Of a DNA stretch of 52,222 nt, positions 21,215 to 29,158 are shown one piece after another. Where the stretch lies: NCBI GenBank assembly GCA_038063535.1, contig JBBTUV010000003.1, positions 149,179 to 201,400 of the forward strand, written 5' to 3'. The notes under the pieces were generated by a model, which worked only from the letters and a program-made list of their open reading frames with translations, was not told the origin of the DNA and did not search any database. Numbering within the stretch: the stretch's first letter is position 1; every line of letters begins with the position of its first letter. The DNA is from Patescibacteria group bacterium (lineage in GTDB: Bacteria; Patescibacteriota; Minisyncoccia; Phycocordibacterales; UBA9973). The translations under genes and the position numbers were made by a program.

Positions 21215-23332
21215 ATGCGGCTCAAGAACCTCGAACTTCACGGCTTCAAATCTTTCGCGGGGAGAACCGTCCTCGAATTCAAGCATCCGATCGTCGCGGT
21301 AGTAGGCCCGAACGGCTCGGGAAAATCAAATGTGGTGGAAGCCTTCCGGTTCGTCTTGGGCGAGCAGTCGATGAAATCGATGCGTGGCAAGGCCGGTGCG
21401 GACCTTATTTTCAAGGGCTCGAAATCACTCTCGCGTTCGCCGAAGGCTGGAGTGACGGTGTCTCTCGATAATGCCGACCGGGTGTTCAAACTAACAGTCG
21501 AAGAGGGTAATGACATAAATCTTAATTTCGATACGATCTCGATTTCTCGCGAAGTCTATCCCGACGGGGAGAGCATATATTCTCTTAATGGCACGGAAGT
21601 GCGCTTGAAGGACATCGTGAATCTCCTCGCATCGCTCAACATCGGATCTTCTGGGCACCACATCATTTCCCAGGGCGAAGCGGATAGAATTCTTTCCGCA
21701 AATCTGAAAGAGAGACGTGAGATGGTGGAAGACGCTCTGGGGCTCAAGATCTACCGCTACAAGGTGAGGGATTCTGAGCGCAAACTTGAACGGGCAGAGG
21801 AGAACATGAAGGAGGTTTCGCTGCTCCGGAGAGAAAATGCTCCACACCTCGCGTTTCTCCGGAAACAGATGGAGAAGTACGAGCGTGCGGAAGAATTGCG
21901 CAAAGAGCTTCGGGCACTCTACCGCGGGTACTTGGCCGACGAATGGCGCTATTTGACGAAGGCAAAATCTGACCTTGGGAAAGAACAGGAGAGGATCGAA
22001 CGCGAGCTCGGCGAGATTTCAAAGAAGCATCGGGAAGAAAAAGAGGAGGTAGACGGCGAAAACAAAAAGCTGGATGCGCTCAAGCCGCTCGAACAAAGGG
22101 CCGCTCGCCTTGTGGCCGAGCGTGCCGAAATCGAGCGCAAACTCGGGCGCCTTGAGGGCATCATCGAGATCAAGGAGAGCAAAGTAAAATTTTCGGACAT
22201 CTGCCCGGTCTGCGGTTCGAAGATCCTCTCGACGAGTCCCGAACAGGAAGAGAAAAGGAAAGTTGAGGAGAAGGAACTTGTGGAAGCGCGGGCAAGCCAG
22301 GATGCCGCCCAGAAAGACAAAGAAAGGATTGACCGGGAACATTCCCTTGCGCAAGAGGAGATCGAAAACCTAAGGAATGAGATCAACAAGGAAATTTCGT
22401 CCCTGCGTTCTAAAGAGCAGGAGAAATACGCTCTCAAACTGCGTCAGCAGGAGCTTTCTTCGTCCCTCGAGGTTCTCAAAGTAAGGGGGGGGAGCTTGGC
22501 GAAAGAAGCAGAGGCCTTTCGCACGGAGATTCTCGAAGGCGAGGCGCTCATCGGCGCGGCGGTGCACGAATATAAAAAAGCGGATGAGAGCGAAGGGACC
22601 GACCGGGTGGGCCAGGAGGAGAGACGCAGAAAGATAGAGAGGATAAAAATAAAACTAGAAGAATCGGGTGAAAGTGGAGGGGCGGATATACAAAAAGAAT
22701 TTCAGGCGCTCTCCGATCGGGATGCATTTCTCGAACGGGAGCTGGCGGACCTCAAGAAAAGCGCGGAATCGCTCGTCGGGCTTATCGCTGAGCTCAAGGA
22801 GAAGATCGATACGGAATTTAAGAGAGGAGTGGACAAAATCAACGTCGAGTTCAAAGAATTTTTCGCACTTATGTTCGGCGGCGGGAGCGCGAGGCTGGGG
22901 GTTGTGGCGCCAGTAAAAAGGAAGAACGAAGAATTGGAGGAGGAGGCGGGTGAAACTGAAGAGATCGAGGAGCCGGAGGAGGGGATTGAAATAAACGTGA
23001 ATCTCCCGCAGAAAAAGGTGAAAGAACTCGCCGCGCTTTCCGGCGGAGAGCGCTCGCTTGTCTCAATTGCGCTCCTTTTTGCCATGTCGCAGGTGAACCC
23101 GCCGCCATTCCTCGTGCTTGATGAAACCGATGCGGCGCTCGACGAATCGAACTCCCGAAAGTTTGGCGACATGCTCGAGAAACTTTCCAAAGAGTCCCAG
23201 CTCGTCCTTGTCACCCACAACCGCGAGACGATGACGCGCGCCGGCGTGCTTTATGGTGTCACCATCGGCACCGACGGCGCCTCGAAGCTTCTCTCCGTCA
23301 AACTCGCCGAAGCCGAAGCAATCGCCGAGTAA
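21215..23332 (+). CDS. smc: Short SMC-family ATPase (705 aa) with a central CPVCG motif in place of a hinge domain
   Basis: SMC-type N-head MRLKNLELHGFKSFAGRTVLEF...VVGPNGSGKSNVVEAFRFVLGEQS. C-head LSGGERSLVSIALLFAM...FLVLDETDAALDESN...LVLVTHNRETMTRAGVLYGVT. Heptad-rich arms. CPVCG at 22202..22216 (Cys330/Cys333 of 705). rnc-smc synteny as in Bacillus. Confidence 0.8.
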   Translation: MRLKNLELHGFKSFAGRTVLEFKHPIVAVVGPNGSGKSNVVEAFRFVLGEQSMKSMRGKAGADLIFKGSKSLSRSPKAGVTVSLDNADRVFKLTVEEGNDINLNFDTISISREVYPDGESIYSLNGTEVRLKDIVNLLASLNIGSSGHHIISQGEADRILSANLKERREMVEDALGLKIYRYKVRDSERKLERAEENMKEVSLLRRENAPHLAFLRKQMEKYERAEELRKELRALYRGYLADEWRYLTKAKSDLGKEQERIERELGEISKKHREEKEEVDGENKKLDALKPLEQRAARLVAERAEIERKLGRLEGIIEIKESKVKFSDICPVCGSKILSTSPEQEEKRKVEEKELVEARASQDAAQKDKERIDREHSLAQEEIENLRNEINKEISSLRSKEQEKYALKLRQQELSSSLEVLKVRGGSLAKEAEAFRTEILEGEALIGAAVHEYKKADESEGTDRVGQEERRRKIERIKIKLEESGESGGADIQKEFQALSDRDAFLERELADLKKSAESLVGLIAELKEKIDTEFKRGVDKINVEFKEFFALMFGGGSARLGVVAPVKRKNEELEEEAGETEEIEEPEEGIEINVNLPQKKVKELAALSGGERSLVSIALLFAMSQVNPPPFLVLDETDAALDESNSRKFGDMLEKLSKESQLVLVTHNRETMTRAGVLYGVTIGTDGASKLLSVKLAEAEAIAE

Positions 23333-25189
23333 CTAAAGGTCGTTTTTTTCTTCCTTGCCCAAAATTATTTTATCTGGCTGGAAGGCGGGAGAGAGTTTGA
23401 CGATGTTTTTTTGCACGCTCATCGAGCCGTCTTTATATAATTTCACACCCAGGAGCAACCCTTGCATAGTTCTCTCCGAGAATCTTTGATCGAAGATTAA
23501 GTTCCCGAGCGAATAGGCGATATACCCGCCGTTGTAAACTTCGAAATCCTGCATCACGTGCGGATGATGTCCGACGACCAGCTTCGCGCCGTTGTCGATC
23601 GCCCGGTGCGCGAGCACCTCCTGACGGCCGTTATGCTTATCCTGATACTCCTCTCCGAAATGAAATGACACGACCAAAGCATCGACTTGCCTTGCGGCAT
23701 TCGCGACGATATCGTCAAATCTCGGGTCGCTCGCGAGGAGTATCCCGGAGCGGTTTGAGCTTGCCGCCATACCCCCCGGTCCTTTGTCGGAGAACCCTAG
23801 GAACCCGATTCTCATGCCGTATTTTTCGACAATGGCGGGTCGTTCAGCTTCTTCGCGGGTCATTCCGCCTCCGGTCGCGAGAATCTCGTTCTCGGTGAGA
23901 CGCGAAAGAGTGTCCTCGTAGGCTTCGCGGCCGAAGTCGCCGACGTGGTTGTTTGCGACCGAAAGAATGGTTATCCCCGCGCCACGCAGAGCCGGCACAA
24001 CCGATGGGTCCATGCGGAAAGAGTAGAGATTCCCTATATCGGTGCCTCTATCCGAAGCCACGCCTTCTAAGTTCGCAAAAGCGATGTCCGCATTTTTCAA
24101 AATTTCCAATTTTGAGAAAAGTTCTGAATAATCACCGCCAAAATTTTTCGCTACCGAACTTCTTATACCCCGATCAAGCATAATGTCTCCGCCGAGGACG
24201 AGGGTTACGAAATCCGGCTCTTTCGGCTCCGGCGGGGGAGGCGGCACAACCTTTTCCTCGACTTTTGCAAAAAGCGCGTCGCGCTCCGCGGCCGTGCCGT
24301 AGGTGATGTTTCTCTTCAAATATCCAAGAATTGATTCGACATCTTTTTTCCGATCGGCTGAGCCAAGCAGTACAATGCCGATCTCTCGCGATTCTTCGGC
24401 AAACGGCACCGAAAAAAGAGAAACGACGGTTTGCCGTGCCGGTCCGGTATATCCGCTTTTTCCCCCGAGGTAGCCCGCCCAAGTGAGGAACTGATTGTTG
24501 CTTGCCCAGAAATGGCCACCCCTGGTGGCGGAACGCTCGGTGGTAATGGCAAGCAGCTCCGGTCTTTTTTCTTTTAGGTACGTTGTCAACCGGAAAAGAT
24601 CGGAAGCACTTGATTGATTGCCCGGCGAGAGGCCGGAGGAGTCGCGATAAGTCGTCGAGAGCAAGAGTAGCTCGCGCGCCCGTTCGTTCATTTTTGAAAG
24701 AAAAAGTTCTGCACTGAAGCGTTCCGCCAGGGCGGCAGCGGCATCGTTCGAAGATTCAAGTAGAAGCGGGTAAAGGAGGTCTCCCGATTTAAATTCCTCC
24801 CCAGCGTGGAGAGAGCCGTTTTTCCCTTCAGTCGCGACCGCTTCTTTGCTTACCTTGATTGCGTCGTCTGGCTTGTATAGTTCGCTGGCTACGAGCGCCG
24901 CCATCAGTTTTGAGATCGAGGCTATTGGCAGGATCTCTTTTTCGTTTTTTGTGAGGATGATCTCCCCGGTGCCAAGATCGCCTGCAAGGTATGCCCGCGC
25001 GGAGGTGCGCAGTTGCGCTCCGGGATTTTTTGAATAGTAGATTTTCTTCTGGTTTTCGAGGATTGAACCGGAAGAATTCGCGGCAAGCGGGGCCGTCCGG
25101 ACGCCCTCTCGCAGCGCCAGGCTTCCTAAAAATATAGCTGCAAACAGGGTGCCGAGGAAAAGAAAACGAAAAAAACTGGGGGCCTTCAT
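23333..25189 (-). CDS. Fusion protein: S11 D-alanyl-D-alanine carboxypeptidase domain plus CapA/PGA_cap metallophosphoesterase-like domain
   Basis: N-terminal anchor. SxxK (ASISKLM), SxN (ESSNDAA) and K(S/T)G (GGKSGYTG) motifs. Linker VVPPPPPEPKEPD. CapA-type blocks VLGGDIMLDRG, FANLEG, VANNHVGDFG, VVGHHPHV, YSLGNLIFDQ. Confidence 0.75.
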   Translation of the reverse strand: MKAPSFFRFLFLGTLFAAIFLGSLALREGVRTAPLAANSSGSILENQKKIYYSKNPGAQLRTSARAYLAGDLGTGEIILTKNEKEILPIASISKLMAALVASELYKPDDAIKVSKEAVATEGKNGSLHAGEEFKSGDLLYPLLLESSNDAAAALAERFSAELFLSKMNERARELLLLSTTYRDSSGLSPGNQSSASDLFRLTTYLKEKRPELLAITTERSATRGGHFWASNNQFLTWAGYLGGKSGYTGPARQTVVSLFSVPFAEESREIGIVLLGSADRKKDVESILGYLKRNITYGTAAERDALFAKVEEKVVPPPPPEPKEPDFVTLVLGGDIMLDRGIRSSVAKNFGGDYSELFSKLEILKNADIAFANLEGVASDRGTDIGNLYSFRMDPSVVPALRGAGITILSVANNHVGDFGREAYEDTLSRLTENEILATGGGMTREEAERPAIVEKYGMRIGFLGFSDKGPGGMAASSNRSGILLASDPRFDDIVANAARQVDALVVSFHFGEEYQDKHNGRQEVLAHRAIDNGAKLVVGHHPHVMQDFEVYNGGYIAYSLGNLIFDQRFSERTMQGLLLGVKLYKDGSMSVQKNIVKLSPAFQPDKIILGKEEKNDL

Positions 25190-27042
25190 ACTAATACATA
25201 ATCTATAGTTTTTCTCTCCAAGTCAACCGATTTTACCCTTATCTTCACTTTATCTCCCAGTCTGAATTTCTTTTTTTTGCGCTGACCCGAGAGTTCCATC
25301 TTCTTCTCGTTATAAACGTAATAATCGTCGGCGAGATCCCGCATCCGGATGAGCCCTTCCGACTTTGTCTCTTTCTCTTCGACATAAATGCCCCACTCAG
25401 CGATGCCCGAGATAATACCCTCGAAAATTTTTCCAATACGCGAGGACATGTACTCGACTTGTTTATATTTTACCGATGCCCATTCAGCATCCTGTGCCCG
25501 CTTTTCGGCCGCGGTGGCACTCGTGCACAACTCCTCGAATTCATAAAGTTCCTCATTTTTTATTTTTACCCCCCGCAAGTGCTCGGCGAGAATACGATGG
25601 ACCATGATGTCCGGATAGCGGCGGATGGGGGAGGTAAAGTGCGTGTAGTATTTGAGGGCAAGGCCAAAGTGGCCGATGTTTTTCGTGGAATAGATAGCCT
25701 TGGCCATCGAGCGGACTACCGCGCGGTGGATCGTGTCTTTTTCTGCCTTGCCCTCGAGGCTTTCGAGCAAGCGATTGAGCTCCTGGCTCGGTATTACCCC
25801 GCCGCGCAAGGGGAGTCGATAGCCGAAATTTTCGAGGAAAAATCGCAGGTCCTCGGTTTTTTCCCGGCTCGGGAGATCATGCACGCGGTATACGGATATC
25901 TCTTTTGAGACCGCCTCTGCCACCCTCTGATTGGCAAGGAGCATAAACTCCTCGACCAGGCGATGCGAATCGCCCCGGGCTTTTTTCACTACCTGTATTG
26001 GTCGGCCTGACCCGTCGAGCACGAAACGCACTTCTTCTTGGTCGAGCGACATAGCTCCGGCGAGCATCCGCTCACGGGTCATTTTCTTTGCGAACTGATT
26101 CACGAGCGCAAGCTCTTTGTGGTGCGCGCCGGACGGCTTTTTTATCGCTTCCTCGGCCTCTTCGTAGGTGAATCTTTTTTTCGAGTGAATGACGCTTTTC
26201 CCAAACCATTCTTCTTTTATTTTTCCCTCTTTGTCCAAAATAAAAACCGCGCTCATCGTAAGACGGTCGACTTCCGGTCGGAGACTGCACAAATCGTTCG
26301 AGAGCGCTTCCGGCAACATCGGTATGGTGCGGTCGACAAGGTAGACGGAAGTTCCGCGCTTCCGTGCTTCACGTTCTAGCGCCGAGCCGAGCCGGACATA
26401 ATGTGTCACATCAGCGATGTGCACTCCGATCTCCCATCCTCTACCCGGGACTTCTTTTATGGAAATTGCGTCATCGAAATCTTTTGCATCGGCCGGGTCT
26501 ATGGTGAAAGTGAGCGTTTTTCGAAAATCTCTGCGCTCGCGATAGTCGTCTTCGGTTATTCCGCGGTGTTTGATCCGCTCGGCTTCGGCGAGCACATCGG
26601 CCGGGAAATCCTCTGCGAATCCGCGCTCCATTGCGATCGCGTGCATCTCCGCGCTGTTCTCGCCGGCCCGACCGAAGACTTTGATTATTTTTCCTTCGGG
26701 AGGGAGCTTGGCATCTTTCCAGAAAATAATTTCCGCAAAAACTTTATCGCCGAGCTTAGCGCCGGCGATGTTTTTGGTAGAAACGAGAATGTCTACATAC
26801 ATTTTCGGGTTATCGGGCATAACGTAATGGATGCCACCGCGCTCCTCAAGCTCCCCGGAAAAAGCAATCTTTGCTCGATCGAGAATCTTTACAATTTCAT
26901 TGCCCCGCACTTCAACCTTGTCTCCGTGAAGCGCGGTATTGAGAGCGCTTGCGGGTATTTCAGTATCCTTATCTCTACCTTCTATCTTTACGTAGCCTGT
27001 ACCTTTTGAGGTAATAAACATGAGGCCAACTAGGGATTTCAT
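25186..27042 (-). CDS. rnr: Ribonuclease R (RNase II/RNB family exoribonuclease)
   Basis: N-terminal OB/CSD, RNB motifs IDPADAKDFDDAISI and YTHFTSPIRRYPD, and a C-terminal S1 domain. 4-nt overlap with the downstream gene. Confidence 0.9.
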   Translation of the reverse strand: MKSLVGLMFITSKGTGYVKIEGRDKDTEIPASALNTALHGDKVEVRGNEIVKILDRAKIAFSGELEERGGIHYVMPDNPKMYVDILVSTKNIAGAKLGDKVFAEIIFWKDAKLPPEGKIIKVFGRAGENSAEMHAIAMERGFAEDFPADVLAEAERIKHRGITEDDYRERRDFRKTLTFTIDPADAKDFDDAISIKEVPGRGWEIGVHIADVTHYVRLGSALEREARKRGTSVYLVDRTIPMLPEALSNDLCSLRPEVDRLTMSAVFILDKEGKIKEEWFGKSVIHSKKRFTYEEAEEAIKKPSGAHHKELALVNQFAKKMTRERMLAGAMSLDQEEVRFVLDGSGRPIQVVKKARGDSHRLVEEFMLLANQRVAEAVSKEISVYRVHDLPSREKTEDLRFFLENFGYRLPLRGGVIPSQELNRLLESLEGKAEKDTIHRAVVRSMAKAIYSTKNIGHFGLALKYYTHFTSPIRRYPDIMVHRILAEHLRGVKIKNEELYEFEELCTSATAAEKRAQDAEWASVKYKQVEYMSSRIGKIFEGIISGIAEWGIYVEEKETKSEGLIRMRDLADDYYVYNEKKMELSGQRKKKKFRLGDKVKIRVKSVDLERKTIDYVLV

Positions 27043-27049
27043 TATGTAA

Positions 27050-27058
27050 AATATAGCA
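27050..27058 (-). promoter_or_regulatory. Extended -10 promoter (TGcTATATT on the minus strand) for rnr
   Basis: 7 nt between the -10 and the rnr ATG (27042), which predicts a leaderless mRNA. Confidence 0.45.
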
Positions 27059-27069
27059 TATTTCTAGCC

Positions 27070-27098
27070 TTGACTTTTGCCCACAAATATGATATACT
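27070..27098 (+). promoter_or_regulatory. Promoter TTGACT-17 nt-(TGa)TATACT for the GC-rich lipoprotein gene
   Basis: -35 at 27070..27075 (5/6 match to consensus) and -10 at 27093..27098 preceded by TGa. The leader of about 50 nt contains the hairpin gggcgc-tta-gcgccc and the SD GGGAGGA. Confidence 0.6.
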
Positions 27099-27151
27099 GC
27101 ACGAGGATACATGAACGGGCGCTTAGCGCCCCCTACAAATAGGGAGGATCC

Positions 27152-27619
27152 ATGCGTTATCTCGCGTTGTGCGCCATCATGGCGCTCACCGGATGTGCGA
27201 GCACCGGATACAAGCTCGCCGAGGTGTCGGCCCCGTCGGTAGCAGTGATGGGTACCGCGGAAGCATGCCTCGAGCGATCAGCGCCCATTCTCGGTGCCAC
27301 CGCCGCGGCTGACTATTGCCTGAAGAACAGGGCGATGGAGGTCGGGAGGGACACTTCCACCGCGCGCGCTGCGGCCGATGCGGAGACGAACAAACCGGTC
27401 GTGGTCGCCAATCCCTACGGCTCGTACGGAATGTACGGCCGGCGGGGATGTACCTACGACTGGCAGTGCGGTGGTGGGTATATCAGTTCGTGGGGGGTGA
27501 TCTCACCCTCTCGCGAGCGGACTCACATGTACAATGACCCGCGCTACAACTCGCTTCGGCGAGACGGCGCGCGGGATACCACCGCCCGGGCGCCCTATGT
27601 GCGCCCACGCCGTCCCTAA
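27152..27619 (+). CDS. Hypothetical lipoprotein (155 aa), GC-rich
   Basis: Signal peptide with lipobox MRYLALCAIMALTG/CAS. Ala/Arg-rich with no recognisable domain. Own promoter and terminator. Confidence 0.65.
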   Translation: MRYLALCAIMALTGCASTGYKLAEVSAPSVAVMGTAEACLERSAPILGATAAADYCLKNRAMEVGRDTSTARAAADAETNKPVVVANPYGSYGMYGRRGCTYDWQCGGGYISSWGVISPSRERTHMYNDPRYNSLRRDGARDTTARAPYVRPRRP

Positions 27620-27639
27620 AGCAGGACGGCCGAAGTAAA

Positions 27640-27679
27640 CAGCGCTGCACCGATTCTGGTGCGGCGCTGGTTGTTTTTT
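27640..27679 (+). terminator. Rho-independent terminator
   Basis: 12-bp stem cagcgctgcacc / ggtgcggcgctg (one G-U) with loop gattct, followed by gttgtttttt. Confidence 0.8.
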
Positions 27680-27705
27680 AAGCGGATTATGTTAAACTCA
27701 TTTTC

Positions 27706-28014
27706 ATGTTGAAGATACGATTACAGCGAATCGGCAGGAAGAACGACCCGGCTTTTCGAGCGGTTTTGACGGATTCAAGGAACAGCGCAAAGAGCGGCCG
27801 GTTCTTGGAAATTCTCGGCACCTATAACCCGAAGGCCGGCGCGGTCAAGTTCGAAACGGAGCGGATAAAATACTGGCTCGGCCACGGCGCCCAGCTCTCC
27901 GACACGATGCATAACTTCCTAGTGCACGAGAAAGTGATAGAAGGCAAGAAAATAAACGTGCTTCCGCGCAAATCTCCGACCAAGAAACGTAAAGAGTTGA
28001 AAGAGAAAAAGTAA
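27706..28014 (+). CDS. rpsP: 30S ribosomal protein S16
   Basis: MLKIRLQRIGRKNDPAFRAVLTDSR...LGTYNP. Confidence 0.9.
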   Translation: MLKIRLQRIGRKNDPAFRAVLTDSRNSAKSGRFLEILGTYNPKAGAVKFETERIKYWLGHGAQLSDTMHNFLVHEKVIEGKKINVLPRKSPTKKRKELKEKK

Positions 28015-28094
28015 CTTGATATAATCAGAGCAGAGCAGTGAATCAGTAAGGTCGGACACTCTCAAAAGCTATTAAAAATCATATAAACACAGAC

Positions 28095-28439
28095 ATGCAA
28101 GAATCAGACAGGGAATTCTTGGAATACGTGGTGAAGGCGCTGGTCGACAACCCGAGCGACGTGAAAATCGAGCGGACGGTCGACGAGATGGGCGTGCTTA
28201 TCACCCTGACTGTGAATCCGGCGGATATGGGTAAGATCATCGGCCGCGCGGGCAATACCGCGAAAGCCATCCGGACGCTTCTGCGCATCATCGGCATGAA
28301 GAACAACGCCCGAGTGAACCTGAAGATCAACGAGCCCGAAGGAGGCACGGGCGGCATGCAATCGGAGCCCAGACCCCCGAGACCAGAGACCCCCATGAAA
28401 ACAGTTGATCAAGCGATGGAGGACTTGAAAGGAATCTAG
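28095..28439 (+). CDS. KH-domain RNA-binding protein (YlqC/UPF0109 family) with a Pro-rich C-terminal tail
   Basis: LEYVVKALVDNPSDVKIE...MGKIIGRAGNTAKAIRTLLR (GxxG KH motif). Canonical position after rpsP. Confidence 0.8.
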   Translation: MQESDREFLEYVVKALVDNPSDVKIERTVDEMGVLITLTVNPADMGKIIGRAGNTAKAIRTLLRIIGMKNNARVNLKINEPEGGTGGMQSEPRPPRPETPMKTVDQAMEDLKGI

Positions 28440-28442
28440 TTA

Positions 28443-29081
28443 GTGCGTTTTCATGTGATTACAATTTTTCCCGAAGTATTCGACTCTTATCTCAAAGAGT
28501 CTATTGTCGGACGGGCGGTTAAAAGCAAAAAAATATCGATCAGGTTTTATAACCCGAAAGATTTCACGCCGGCCAAAGAACGCGTGGACGGCCGGCCGTA
28601 CGGCGGTGGCCCCGGCATGGTACTTCGGCCGGAATTATTCTTGAAGGCCTTTGCAAAGATTAGGGCTAAGAATCCAAAGATAATTTTCTTCTCAACAATG
28701 GGTAAAAAATTTACAACCGGCTATGCAAAGAGTGCGGCGAAGAAATACAAAGACACAATTTTGATCTGCGGGCGTTATGAGGGCATAGATGCTCGCGTGA
28801 AAAAAATCACCAAAGCCGAAGAAATCTCAATCGGAGACTATGTGACCACCGGTGGGGAACTCCCGGCGATGATACTTATAGATTCTATCTCCCGCCAGAT
28901 TCCAGGCGTCCTCGGACGCTATGATTCGCTCGAAGAGGAGCGAGTATCTTCTAGTGAAGTCTACACTCGACCGGAAGCTCTCAAATACAAGGGCAAAACT
29001 TACCGTGTCCCGAAAGTGCTCCTCTCCGGCCACCATCAGAAGATCGACGAGTGGAAAAATTTGACAAAAAAACACCGGTGA
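28443..29081 (+). CDS. trmD: tRNA (guanine37-N1)-methyltransferase
   Basis: GTG start. RFHVITIFPEVFDSYLKESIVGRA, GGGPGMVL, CGRYEGIDARV, GDYVTTGGELPAM. Confidence 0.9.
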   Translation: MRFHVITIFPEVFDSYLKESIVGRAVKSKKISIRFYNPKDFTPAKERVDGRPYGGGPGMVLRPELFLKAFAKIRAKNPKIIFFSTMGKKFTTGYAKSAAKKYKDTILICGRYEGIDARVKKITKAEEISIGDYVTTGGELPAMILIDSISRQIPGVLGRYDSLEEERVSSSEVYTRPEALKYKGKTYRVPKVLLSGHHQKIDEWKNLTKKHR

Positions 29082-29158
29082 GTATACTAGTAGTACTAGA
29101 TTGAGTCTCGGGTGAAGCATTTATAAATTAAAAGCCCCAAAAGCTTTATTTTTGTATT

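Noticed and set aside
27111-27242. Upstream mini-ORF (ATGAACGGGCGC..., about 43 codons) in the leader of the lipoprotein gene, overlapping its start out of frame.
   Set aside because: There is no SD. It runs through the hairpin and the real SD and start codon, and its translation is Arg/Pro-rich GC-frame noise.
29083-29099. Palindrome CTAGTA-g-TACTAG (29087..29099) overlapping a TATACT hexamer (29083..29088) between trmD and rpoB. Possible operator or promoter for the rpoB block.
   Set aside because: It has only 6-bp arms, no second copy in the window and no -35 element. It is too short to distinguish from chance. It is mentioned only as something to check if TSS data become available.
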